Shown in pieces: positions 27,907 through 40,697 of a stretch of DNA of 64,000 nucleotides (positions are counted from its first letter, which is position 1; each line of letters begins with the position of its first letter). The stretch covers positions 3,534,001-3,598,000 of the forward strand of contig JAQFVV010000005.1 of the NCBI GenBank assembly GCA_028023455.1, in the 5' to 3' direction. The notes under the pieces were generated by a model. It ran no database searches. It was not told the DNA's origin and worked only from the letters and a program-made list of their open reading frames with translations. Origin of the DNA: Epiperipatus broadwayi (taxonomy: Eukaryota > Animalia > Onychophora). Both the position numbers and the translations under genes were made by a program.

Positions 27907-28949
27907 TTTGTTAACTTATATATCATAATAATTCAGTTTCTTACTTTTAAATAACTTCTGGAATCTGAACCAATTCATTTTCTGCTGCGAAAGAGGATAA
28001 AACGCAGAATGTGGTAAAGAATAAAGATTAAGAATCAATGGATTTTTTCAAAATTTACCCACGCCATCCACTATTAGTCAGTTAATAGTACTTGATGATC
28101 AAGTAGTTGAAAGTTTTTTTTACTTTATATAAACAATCAGAATTTACTTTGAACATTCGGTAATAAATCATTAATAATTTATATTGTGTATCAGCAGGAG
28201 AATGTTCAAACTCAGAATAATGTAGACCAATAAATATATGCTTCAATAAAATATAGATTAAAAATAAAATATTGAACTTTAAATTGTAATTAAAAGATTA
28301 CCACATGTTTCTTTTGATTTACTAAACATAATTTTTGTATTCCTCACCATCTCTATAAAGTCATTATGCACAGTCACGCATTTTTTTACTAAGGCCAAAG
28401 TGTGAGCTTCATCTTATGTCAATAGGACCTTATTTATTTATTTTTTACCGGTAAAATCTTGAGAGAGAACTGACATTTTAAAAATTATCTTTCTATTGTG
28501 GGTAATAACATTGGAAATACTATTACTTATACATTTTTACGTGAGTGAAACCAATTGGTTCAGCAAAACTCATCGTTAAACAAAAATATGGTATAAAAAG
28601 TAATAAATTATAATGGTTTTCTACTAAAAGAAAATAAGCTTGTTTCTACAGATCAAAATTAGACCATAAGTTATGAATATTGTATTAACAAACAACTTAA
28701 TCTATTATATATAGTAATGGAAAAAAAACTCTAATGAAAAATATATGCTTGTGTAAATTTTGCTAGGAGGGTATATGCAAGTATGCATTTAGAATATATG
28801 TGTATCTAAGATAATGCAATTTGAATCTACATAAAAAAAATCTTGGCTTAAAGTTATTCTTTATTCATTCAGCACTCATCATTCAGTTTTTTTAGTCATT
28901 GGTTGCTCATTCTAAGAATACATCATTTTCTTCTTAAGCTTTGATGATT

Positions 28950-29700
28950 TTGGGTTATTTGGAGGAGGCACAACAGTTGTTGCTGGTGAGGATTTCTAAA
29001 ATGAAAGTATAGAATGGATGGGTGTCTAACCTCTTTGATATTCTTTGTATACATTTTATTAAGTCTCATTCATTGACTTTATACTATTCATGATCTCATG
29101 AGACAAAATCAGTTTCTTCTGTTTTCCGAAGCTCAGGCTCTTCTCTGTAGACTTGTAATTTTTTTTCTTCATTGCCATACTTTCCTTCCACTCATTAATT
29201 CTTTGTTACATAATTCCAAAAGCTCTTCATTGTTGTCATTATAAATTTTTGTAATTCCTACTTTTTTGGTTAGGTCAAATATAGTTTTCCTTATGATGGA
29301 GGTGGATTCTTTCTCAACTTCAGTACTTATAATAAATTGCAGAAAGACTTTGTTCCATATAAGATTAACAATTATGTTGGTGATATCGGTTCATGCATTG
29401 CCTATAAAATCAACAACTGCTTTTATATTGAAGTCCTTCCAGAATTGTGGATATATTTATTAATGTCCTTATCCAAATTATCATCAAAATGATATCCTAA
29501 TTGTCAAGGATAGTGCATCTTGAAAGTTGTGATGATTCCTTGATCTGTAGGTTGAAAAAGTAATGTGGTGTTTGATGATATTAGTTGCTGCCATGATTCA
29601 AATTGAACATGTTGTAATTATAAACTTTAGAATAAGTCTTTAAAAAAATTTTAATATCACCAGAAAGAAATGTGTGGTTTTATTGGGCAAGCATATAGCA
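28950..29700 (-). pseudogene. pogo/Tigger DDE transposase remnant
   Basis: NTTLLFQPTDQGIITTFKMHY and FWKDFNIKAVVDFIGNA. Confidence 0.8.
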
Positions 29701-31493
29701 AAATGAACTGAGAAAGGGAGACAAGGATTGCATATGACAACATTGTGTGTTCTTCCACAAAATTGTTTCTTATTACACTGAAAAAGTATCCATATTGAAG
29801 GTGTATATTTTTAAAATTCATAGGCTTATATTATTTATGTAAAATTACTGGAATGTTTAATAATAAGTCACTTAACTGTACTGTTTTGAATATAAAGACT
29901 AGTTATTTATCCTCAGTTTAGGGTGCCTTAATTATAGTGTTGTACATTATGAAAATCTATTTGCAAAGTTTATTTTGAAAAATATAAAAATTCTGGCATA
30001 TTAGAAAAAACATGTATCTAATGTATTGCAATCAATATTAAAACATTTTTTACAATATGTAATATGCAGATCTAAATAAACAGCACTTTATATACAAATA
30101 TATTAGCTGTGGTCTATCTTAAGGCATAATATGATGTATTTTATCATGTATGGTAAACATTTTTATGTAATTACTTAGAAACATTTTGAATAATATGGTA
30201 CATTGTAATTGTAGAGCTATAGGCCATTTAAATAAAAATTAAAAATATGAATCTTTAATTTATTTGTATTGACTTTTAATCATGTTAAATTTATTATTAA
30301 ATCCATAATGCATGAAATTGTCTTACTCTTTTTACTGAAAATATGTTTACAATAATGGTATGTTTACTTTGTCTAAAATTAGCAGTCATAAAGGTTTTAT
30401 TTTAACATTGCTTGATTGAATAATTTTTCCTAATATGCAAACCAGCACATAAATAAAAATGAATTATTAATTTCATATTTTGCAGGTTCATTAGAAAGCA
30501 TGAACTGTTTACTTTCCAAGAAGCATGGTAATTCCACTGTTATAGAATGCTGCTTTAATGTTATTATAAATGATATTATCATTGGCTCTTTTGTATCACA
30601 TGGGTGCAATCATACTGCTTTTATTGATTTTTAATTGAAAAAAAATCTGAAGACATCAGTAGTCAGTATGTTATAGACAGTCAGTTAAGAAACAAAATCA
30701 GTTAACTATGATAGATCTTTATCTATTGTCTATAACAGAAAAATGCCTAGATGGTATTCACTCTTTTCTGGTCTAGATATCACACAAATTTTTTGACATA
30801 AAAGAAATATATTTTTTTTACTTGTGAATAAAATATTTCTGATTAATTTTACACATTAATTTGTTATTTAAATCAAAAAGAAACATGCATGTAAATTTTC
30901 AATTTATTCATTTCTCTTTTATTTATTAGAAATAAAAGTTAATAAACTTGATTGTATTATAAAGCAAAAAATCATTGTGAGTGAAATCATCTGTCAAAAT
31001 TGTCACAGTGCTAAAATCTTTTCAAAATATTGTAATAATTATAAAGCAGGTATCAGATTTTAAAACATTTAATAAATTCATTAAAACTCCATTGGTTTGT
31101 TCACATTTAAAAAAAAGAATAAATAATAATTTATTCATTTTTGAAAGAGTGTTTAGACAAACATTGTTAACAATGTTCTGATGTTTTACTTTACAATTTA
31201 GTTTTCAAATATTTTTATAAAATTAATTTGTTTTTTTAGAATATAATTTATTTATAAAACTTAATTAAAAAAGAAATCAAGTCCAATTTGTTGAATTTTA
31301 GTATAAAATTATGTTTTTATACAGAAGTGGAAGATTGAGTATTATCAAAAACTCTCACCAGGTAGACAAATTCTTAAAAAATGTATCTAATGGAACAAAC
31401 CTGACATTTGATTGTTTTTATAATTATCCAATGTAACCTACAAATAAACAAAATAAAGTGCAAGGCATTTTAATGGCTTCTAAAAAAAATATG

Positions 31494-31604
31494 TCTTGCA
31501 TGGTGGTCGAGAGGTCAGCGCGACTGCCTTGCACTTCCAGGCAGTTGCCCGGGTTGCGGGTTCGCGTCCTCACCGATGCTATGACACTTAAAAAAAAAAA
31601 AAAA
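31494..31604 (+). mobile_element. tRNA-Gly-derived SINE
   Basis: Pol III A-box-like TGGTCGAGAGG, B-box-like GGTTCGCGTCC and a poly(A) tail. Near-identical to 44440-44540. Confidence 0.9.
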
Positions 31605-32131
31605 TTTATTGACTAAACAATCTAAGTAAGAAATCCTAAAATTTCTTTCCATAAATAAATATTGGCTAAATCCCTAATTGTCAAACTATATAATAAAGTA
31701 TAATATGACTTAGTTATTAATAAACATTAAAAAATTAAATTATAAAGTAGTGTAAATCTTTTATTACTGAATAAAACTTTATTGTTAATAGAAAATGTAA
31801 ACAAGTTATTTGAGAGTCATTCTGAATTAAAGTAATTAATGGATTTTAAAGCTAAAGAACTCTTTTAATAAATAGGTGTTAATGGAATGAAAAAATTATT
31901 ATCAGCCATATTATTTAAAGTTGACCTAGTTTAGTGATCTTAATGAAATATAAAAGTTACATCAATATACAATATAAGTATAAAAATTTAAAATATCAGA
32001 CTATAAGCAAATAGTTTACACTTTGTGGCTAATTATGAATCAAAATATATAAAATGCGCTAACATGCACAAGCACACAAAGCTAAAAAGAAAATAAAGAA
32101 AATATATATTATTTTAATATCTATTCATTAA

Positions 32132-32177
32132 ATGGCTAAGCACTTTCAAGGTTCAAAGCTCTCATAATCATAGCCAT
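32132..32177 (-). ncRNA. Atypical hammerhead-like motif in the PLE 3' UTR
   Basis: Reverse complement: ATGGCT ATGATTATGA gagctttgaacctt GAAA GTGC TT AGCCAT. A similar motif lies at 53187-53233. Confidence 0.4.
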
Positions 32178-32233
32178 ATTACAAAATATAATAAATTGAC
32201 TCAGAGTGATGCAAATTTATGCAAATGAAATGA

Positions 32234-33740
32234 TTATGCATTCCATTTCTTGGATATTTTGTAGCAAGAGTCTTTTCTATTGATGGTGTCGCCATCTCTA
32301 GATATAAAGAAAGCTTTTTTTATCTTTCTTTTTAGATCATGCTGCTCTCTGCATACTACCACTGGATTTCCAAGTTGACAATCATGTCCAGATGAAGCAC
32401 GATGCTGCGCAAAAACTAAACTATGAGTGGTGTCCAACAAAGCTTTATTATAAGAATAAGTGTGTTGAGATAGCCTAGTGAAGAAAGGGGCCCTAGTCTC
32501 ACCATAATATGATGATCTACAAATTTTTTTAGGGCAGGCAATATTATACACCACTTGAGGTGTCAGCATGGGTGGTAGGCAGTATTTGGTATTATTAATT
32601 AATTTGTTAAAGTTAAGAGGTGTGTGAAAACATATCTGGTATTTATTATTGAAAATATTATAAAAACATTTATGCATATTAGGTAGATAAGGGAGTAGGA
32701 ATCTTTGCTTGTCAATATTAGGGACTTGATCATTTATTTTAGCAAAAAACTGTTTTATCCTCCCGTCAATTACATTCACATAAAAACCAACTTTTATTAG
32801 GTTGTCCCTATATGATGTGAGATTAGCTTTTTTATCTGCCTCAAACTTACATAGGTGCATATTTTTATACAAAAACGAGGTTAAACCAGAGTTGATGGTT
32901 AGTTGGTGAATTGGAAAGAGGGTGGGAGTGTCCTCTAACATCAAGGGGTTTGATTAGCATTTTATAATTAATATCTGTGTGTTCTCGCTGCATATGTAGG
33001 TCCAGCTATTTAACTAGATTATGGGCATTTTCATTCTCCATGTTAAACGTAAGCCCTGTAGTGTTTTGAAGTTCATGTTTTATTTGTAGAATAATAGGAG
33101 AGGGAGTGGCTATGAAGATATCGTCAATGTATCTAGTGTATATGGATAGCAAGTTAGATTCTTGATATCTTAAAATTATTTGCTTTTCAAAATAATTTAA
33201 AATTACACTTGAGATGATGCCACTCATAGGGAGTCCCATTGGCCAACCATCTTTCATATGAAGCCACTGGTTGTGAAAAAATGCCATAATATTTTTATCA
33301 AGCCAAGATAAAAAGTCTATAATAAAGTCAATTAGTGGCTGAGCTAAATTGTGGTTTATAAGCTCTTCTCTTACAATCTGAATAGATTTAGCTCTACAAA
33401 TGGAGCCATATAATTCCGAAACATCAATAGTAGCTAATGTAGTGTCTGTGTTCAAAACTAGGTCTTTTATTTTTGCAACAAATTGAAATGACGAATTTAT
33501 GGTATATGAACCGAATCCCAAAGCTTGAATGAGCTGTCTATTAACCCATTTCGCCGTATTGGAATAGTGAACATTTCCAAAATCTGAAATAAGTCACAGT
33601 GGAATATCAGCCTTGTGTATTTTGGCATTGCCAAACATCCTTGGAGGAATGGATGCAGACGGGTAAAGCCTATAATATTCCGCCTTAGAGAAAACTTTAT
33701 TACAGTGTGGTCTGAGAATGGAAGAAATAAACTTTTCCTT
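32234..33740 (-). pseudogene. PLE RT plus GIY-YIG, 5'-truncated inverted arm
   Basis: TRYIDD, VVYNIAC..YYGET and INRKD. An in-frame TAG at ~33006 replaces the TAC of the right arm. Confidence 0.92.
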
Positions 33741-33752
33741 ATTTAATTTATT

Positions 33753-33910
33753 GGCTGCATAAAGGAGTTTGCTATTAACTGAAAGGAGACTCTTTGATTC
33801 CTCTTGGAGGCCTTAAAGGAACCAAGCAGGACAAATTCCTAATATCCCTCCATAAGTTCTTGTCATTGCAGCTGTTATTACTATTCATATAGTATATGAA
33901 CATGGATGGG
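33753..33910 (+). ncRNA. HDV-like ribozyme fold at the RTE 5' end, with U at the catalytic C position
   Basis: P1 GGCTGCA/TGCAGCT; P2 CCCTCCAT/ATGGA(T)GGG; P3 AAG/CAT (one mismatch); L3 TTCTTGT; P4 TACTAT/ATAGTA; J4/2 TGAA. Confidence 0.75.
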
Positions 33911-34195
33911 CTGCTCACCAACATGCATTAGCCAGCGTGGTGAGTTTATTGGCTTTTTACCTCTGAGTTTAAGATCAAGAAACACCATGGTCTTTCTTCT
34001 CAGTGTCTGATAAGGCAGAATGAATGTTTGTGTAAATGATAAATATTTTTCCCATACATATATACAATTATGACAGACAAGAATAAAGCATGGCCCTTAT
34101 TCCCAGGAGGCTGTAAAGTCACCAACCAAGGCAGCGGTTGGTGACCGAAGGCGGAGGGTGCTAAGAATCTCCTGATTGCGGACCCAGGCTGCCAT

Positions 34196-35542
34196 TTGAT
34201 GACGACTTTTTATTTAGGTACTTACAACTGCAGATCACTTTCAAGTGAAGGAAGATTGCAAGAATTAGAAGAAGAACTGTCTTATATTAAATGGAACATT
34301 ATTGGACTTGGTGAAGTTAGAAGAAAAGGAGAAGAAACAATTGATTTAAAAAGTGGACATATACTCTATTATAAAAGCACACATATTGGAAATACAAGTG
34401 GAGTAGGATTCATTATAAATAAAAAGTGGAAGAACAATATTGTGGAGATTCATGGTGTATCGGACAGAGTGGCAAGATTAGTTATACAACTTAATAGCAG
34501 ATACCAAATGCAGATAATTCAGGTTTATGGCCCAACAAGTTATCATAGTGATGAAGTAGTAGAAGATTTTTATATGGATGTACAAAAGGCTTTTGATCAG
34601 AGTAAACAACATTTTAAAATTGTTATGGGAGACTTTAATGCTAGAATTGGTAGACAAATGAAAGATGAAATTGCTGTAGGTAATTTTGGTTATGGTAATA
34701 GAAATGAGAGAGGACATAGACTTGTGGAGTTTTCAGAAAAAGAAAAACTTTATATTATGAATTCATTTTGTGAGAAAAATGTTAAAAGGAAATGGACATG
34801 GAAGCATCCAAATGAAGGTACAGCAGAATTGGATTATATTTTGACTAACAGAAAATACATATTTCAAGATTGTAATGTTCTTAATAAATTTAACACAGGA
34901 AGTGATCATCGATTAGTAAGGTGTAAGTTACGTGTTAATGTAAAACTAGAGAGACAAAAATTATTAAGAAAAACAATATTTACAGTTGATATTCCTAATC
35001 TTCAGAAACATTCTAATGAATTTAAATTAGAACTTACAAATAGGTTTCAAGTGTTAGGAGATTTTGAACATAATTCAGATTTGAATGAAATTGATATGAA
35101 AATAACTGATACACTTTTAAAAACTGCAACAAACATAGCTGGTAGAAAAAAGCAGCAATTGACTAATAAAATTTCTGCTGAGACTAGAGAATTTATGAAG
35201 AAAAGAAGGAATATGAAGATATACAAAAATGATGTATTAAAAAGAATGGAATATCTCGAATTTTGTAAAATGGTACGGAAAAGAGTTGAAAATGATATAA
35301 TAAAGTATAACTGTGAAATAGCAAGGAAAGCTGTAGAAGAAAATAAAAGTCTCAAAAATGTTAAACAACATTTTGGTATTGGTAGGAAATTTACATCTGC
35401 AATAAGAAAAAAAGATGGAATTATTACTAAAAAGAGAGATGACATCATGAAATTGGTAGAAGATTTTTATCAAGAATTGTACCTCCTAAAGAACAAGTAC
35501 CTCCTATATCTATTACATCTTCCGAATTGCCCAGAATTTTAA
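34196..35542 (+). pseudogene. RTE ORF, AP-endonuclease half
   Basis: GTYNCRSL, IIGLGEVRR, VMGDFNARIG, LDYIL and SDHRLV. A frameshift near 35485 separates it from the RT. Confidence 0.93.
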
Positions 35543-37026
35543 ATGAAGAAGTGAGACATGCAATTAAGTGTATGAAGAAAGGAAAGGCTCCAGGAAATGA
35601 TGGAATTATAATTGATATATTAAAAGAAGCAGGTGAAGAAATAGAAACAATTTTAGCAAAGTTATATACCAAATGTCTAAATGATAAAGATGTACTGGAA
35701 GATTGGAAGAATGCAGTAATAATATTAATATTTAAAAAAGGTGATAAAGAAGATATTAGAAATTACAGACCTATCAGCCTTTTATCAGTTTTATATAAAA
35801 TTTTTACCAAGATAATTACAACTCGTCTACAGAGAACTTTGGATTTCCACCAACCAAGAGAACAAGCTGGATTTAAAAGTGGTTTTAGTACAATAGATCA
35901 TATCCAGGTATTGAGAGAAGTCATAGAAAGGACAAATGAATATGAGTTGTCATTATGTTTTGGATTTGTAGATTATGAAAAGACATTCGATTCTATACAC
36001 ATTTCTTCAGTGATTAAAGCATCGGATCATCAAGGTATAGATCCAGGATATTGTCATATTTTAAAGAATATTTATAAAAATGGAATAGCAACAATTAGAT
36101 TACATAATGATACTGGAAAAATCAACATTGAGAAAGGTGTAAGACAAGGTGACTCCATATCTCCAAAACTCTTTACAGCAGTGCTGCAAGAAGTATTTTG
36201 TGGATTAAAATGGGAAACTAAAGGAGTGAAAGTAAATGGAGAGTATTTAAGTCATTTAGATTTCACAGATGATGTAGTTGTTTTTGCAAATAATGCTTCA
36301 GAGCTGCAGGAAATGTTGCAGGAGTTAGCAGATGAAAGTAGAAAAGTAGGACTAAAGATAAATGTTAAAAAGACTAAAGTAATGTTTAATCGATTTGCTC
36401 AAAATATGAAAATAAAGATTGATTATGAAGAATTAGAAGAAGTTAACAGTTACAAATACCTTGGTCAGATTATTAATACAGATGAAAACATAATTGAGGA
36501 AATTAATCATAGAATTAAACTTGGTTGGAGTGCTTTTGGTAGAAATAACTTGATACTAAAAGGAAATATGCCTATGTGTTTGAAAAGGATGGTTTTTAAC
36601 AAATGTGTTTTACCAGTTTTTACTTATGGATCTGAGACTTGGACACTTAATAGAAGAGCAATACAGAGACTTCAGACCACTCAAAGGAGTATGGAGAGAT
36701 GTATGTTGGGAGTAACAAGAAGAGATCGAAAACGCAATGTATGGGTAAGAGAACAAACAGGTGTTACTGACCTCATTGAAAAAATTAAAAGATTGAAGTG
36801 GAGTTGGTCTGGACATATTGTTAGAAGAGATGATAATAGATGGCCAATTGAAATTTTAAACTGAATTCCAAGAGATTGTAAAAGACCCAGAAAGAGACCA
36901 CATGTGAGATGGATGGATGAAAAAAGAAAATGTGCAGGGGTGTTGTGGAGAAGAGAAGCTAAAGATCGGAGAAGATGGATTAAACTTGGAGAGACCTTCA
37001 TCCTGCAGTGGATTGATAATGGTTGA
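35527..37026 (+). pseudogene. RTE ORF, reverse transcriptase half
   Basis: NYRPISLL, QAGF, GVRQGDSISP, LDFTDD (for FADD), YKYLG and YGSETW. A premature TGA at 36862-36864 stands where the 19 kb copy has TGG. Confidence 0.93.
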
Positions 37027-37103
37027 TGATGATGATGATGATTGATTTAATTTATTATTGAAATCGGGAAGCCTTTGAAATTGTAGTTTTTTAATTTGCT
37101 GAT

Positions 37104-39109
37104 ACAGTTTAGATGTGCATTTATACAGCACAAGTGTAATAATCTCAGTGCTTTTCTTAAGCGCAAATTTAATAAAAAACTTGCGTTTTTGGCTTATCAA
37201 CAGAATGTCCGCCTCCAAGACCCTGAAACCTCGGTATTGTGTACCTTATGGATATACCAATCCCACAAGAGATGTGTGACATTTTATGTAGAGGCCCACG
37301 ATATGTTGGGGGTGGATGGAAACATCCCAATATGGAGCTTATGGCTGATGTTGAAGCAGTTTTGTTCAACGATCCAGATAAAGATAAATACATTACTCAA
37401 ATAGTTAATGCTCTACAGCTTAAATCTTTATATATACGCACACATATTTGGCAAGCTAACATAACAAAAACCAAACATTTTTTAAAGACATAAATATCAC
37501 ATGCATGCTGAAAGATAAGGGCAATAGATTCGTGCTTATGAAAACACAGGACTACACATCTAAACTGGATCAGCAAATTAATAAACTACAATTTCAAAGG
37601 CTTCCCGATTTCAATAACAAATTAAATAAGGATAAGTTTATTTCTTCCATTCTCAGACCACACTGTAATAAAGCTTTCTCTACGATGGAATATTATAGGC
37701 TTTATCCATCTGCATCCATTCCTCCAAGCATGTTTGCCAATGCCAAAATACACAAGGCTGATATTCCATTGCGACTTATTTTAGATTTTGGAGGAGTCCA
37801 CTATTCCAATACAGCGAAATGGGTTAACAGACAGCTCATTCAAGCTTTGGGATTCAGTTCATATACCATAAATTCGTCATTTCAATTTGTTGCAAAAATA
37901 AAAGACCTAGTTTTGAACCCAGACACTACATTAGCTACTATTGATGTTTCAGAATTATATGGCTCCATTTGTAGGGCTAAATCTATTCAGATTGTAAGAG
38001 AAGAGCTTATAAACCACAATTTAGCTCAGCCACTAATTGACTTTATTATAGACTTTTTATCTTGGCTTGATAAAAATATTATGGCATTCTTTCACAACCA
38101 GTGGTTTCATATGAAAGACGGTTGGCCAATGCGACTCCCTATGAGTGGCATCATCTCAAGTGTAATTTTAAATTATTTTGAAAAGCAAATAATTTCGAGA
38201 TACCAAGAATCTAACTTGCTACCCATATACACTAGATACATTGATGATATCTTCATAGCCGCTCCCTCTCCGATTATTCTACAAATAAAAAATGAACTTC
38301 AAAACACTACAGGGCTTATGTTTAACATGGAGAATGAAAATTCCCATAAACTAGTTAAATACCTGGACCTACATATGCAGCGAGAACACCCACATATTAA
38401 TTATAAAATGCTAATCAAACCCCTTGATGTTAGAGGACACTCCCACCCTCTTTCCAATTTACCAACTAAACATAAACTCTCTAGTTTAACCTCATTTTTG
38501 TTTAGAAATATGCACCTATGTAAGTTTGAGACAGATAAAAAATCTAACCTCACATCATATAGGGATGACCTAATGAAAGTTGGTTTTGATGTGAATGTAA
38601 TTGACAGGAGGATAAAACAGTTTTTTGCTAAAATAAATGATCAAGTCCCTAACATTGACAAGCAAAGACTCCTATTTCCTTCCCTGTCTAATATGCATAA
38701 ATGTTTTTATAATATTTTCAATAATAAATACCAGTTATGTTTTCACACACCTCCTAACTCTAACAAATTAATTAATAATACCAAAGAATGCCTACCACCC
38801 TTGCTGACACCTCAAGTGGTCTATAATATTGCCTGCCCTGAAAAATTTTGTAGATCATCATATTATGGTGAGACTAGGGCCTCTCTCTCCACTAGGCTAT
38901 CTCAACACACTTATTCTTATAATAAAGCTTTGTTGGACACTGCTCATAGTTCAGTTTTTGCGCAGCCCCATGCTTCAGCTGGGCACGATTGTCAACCGGG
39001 AAATTCAGTGCTAGTATGCAGAAAGTGGCATGATCTAAAAAGAAAGATAAAAGAAGCTTTCTTTATATCTAGAGAAGGCAACGTTATCAATAGAAAAGAC
39101 TCTTGCTAC
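37104..39109 (+). pseudogene. PLE ORF (RT plus GIY-YIG endonuclease), right arm
   Basis: LCRGPRY, DKGNRFVLM, TRYIDD, VVYNIAC..YYGET..TRLSQH, KEAFFI and INRKD. N-terminal frameshift and stop; the C-terminus is cut at 39109 by an insertion. Confidence 0.93.
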
Positions 39110-40697
39110 TATAACAGTCGGGGAAGGAAGGTGAAGTTTAGTCTTACCGTAATCTGCCGACAGAGCGCCACTAGGCTACTTTGAACCTAGAAAATTTATA
39201 AAGTCGAAAGATACGCGCTGTTAATATCACGACCGCCAGCCCAAGTCACTAGCTCATGAAGTAGCAGAGGTTTATACATATTTATTAAAATATACTTCTT
39301 TTAGTAAAAAAAAAAATAATAAAAACAATCACTGTCAGTACTAATAATACAAAAAAAGATTTTATTTACGTATATATATGTGACGACACAAACTTTAAAA
39401 TTATTATATAAGAAAAATTATATTTTATGTTTCATTAGTTATTATTTTATTTATTTTTAACTCTAATTTTTAATTTTAGAAATGTTGAGTATAAATGAGC
39501 TACCTAGATGCACTCACAAATTTTCAAATCACTTGACTCCAGACTAAAAATCCGCAGCCACACCAAATACTCGCTTCCAGATATATATCAGCAACCAATG
39601 CAATGTGAACATGTTAGCATAGAATCACAGCGACAGGAATGTGCATCTGAAACAGCGCGATATTATTGGAGAAAACATGGCCTTCGTCTCGCAGGAATGT
39701 GCATCTGTCGGGCAAAGGAAACATGCATGTAAATTAATAAAAAGAAATGCTACAAATGGATGGGAGAGCGGTCTTATCTTGCCGACTTATGTTCTCAATC
39801 CATAGAACTGGAATGGGTCAATGGTGCAGGAAATACGTCTGCGATCCATTTCAACGATATGACTACCTCTTTCAGGTCATGCATTCAGTTGGACTCGTCG
39901 CCCTAGGTGATAACACACTTCACATTACATTGATATAAACATTCATATATCTCTCCACCAGCATTGACACAACTACAAACAAATAGTCCGAAATCAAATC
40001 CTCTTTAAACTAACTTATATTTAAACTAATCTAGCAGCCATATATACTCAACTAACATTTAAATCATTTTATTAATTTAATTTAAAACAAAAAATCTTTA
40101 GTTTAGGGTTTCAAAATCATTTTAAAATAACATTATATTTAACTTATTTTCTTTCCAGAAATACTATTTTTAACCTATTTTTAAAATTTAATAATGCACA
40201 AATAACGATGCGTTTTCTATCTTTAAATTTAAGTTTGCAATTGCAAACCCCTACCTATTACAAACAGATATTAATTAAACATGAATAAACAAAAATAAAA
40301 TACATTTTTTTAAAAGATTACGTTGAAAATTTAGCTAAGAGTTTAAAATCGCCAAGTTTATAGAAAGATAAAAGTTCAGGTTTGCTCAGAAAGAAAGTCT
40401 ATAGTTCATTTTAAAGACACATAAAGTTTAAAGATTTTAAACTTAAGAGAAGTTATGTTTCATTTATAAATTTATATTTTCCTTTGTTGTCCTGTGCTTA
40501 TTCCTTCACAACGAAGATCTAAATTTACACGGGATCCATTTCTTGTGGGCGATGACGATTTATGAAGACGCATTTACTATGTTTTCTGAAGACGGTACCA
40601 GTGTTTCGATCCTGGATCCATGAATAGGAAAGCTACCTTCGGCCGGTCGCACCGAAGAAGCCCGTTAACGCTGACTACATTCTTAGTGACGGTGACA
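39110..40697. mobile_element. Solo-LTR-like element, copy B
   Basis: It starts TATAAC exactly where homology between the PLE arms breaks and ends GTGACA. It is homologous to 15698-17835. No matching TSD, so the right boundary is uncertain. Confidence 0.5.

Larger units (their letters stand above)
33753..37044 (+). mobile_element. Full-length RTE-clade LINE, disabled
   Basis: 12-bp TSD ATTTAATTTATT (33741-33752, 37045-37056), an APE-RT ORF and a (GAT)n tail. Confidence 0.95.

Noticed and set aside
34170-34190. GCTAAGAAT as the J4/2-P2 of a second HDV-like ribozyme
   Set aside because: No compatible P1, P3 or L3 could be built upstream.
34478-37218. Several minus-strand ORFs over the RTE
   Set aside because: They are antisense shadows of the retrotransposon ORF with no motifs of their own.
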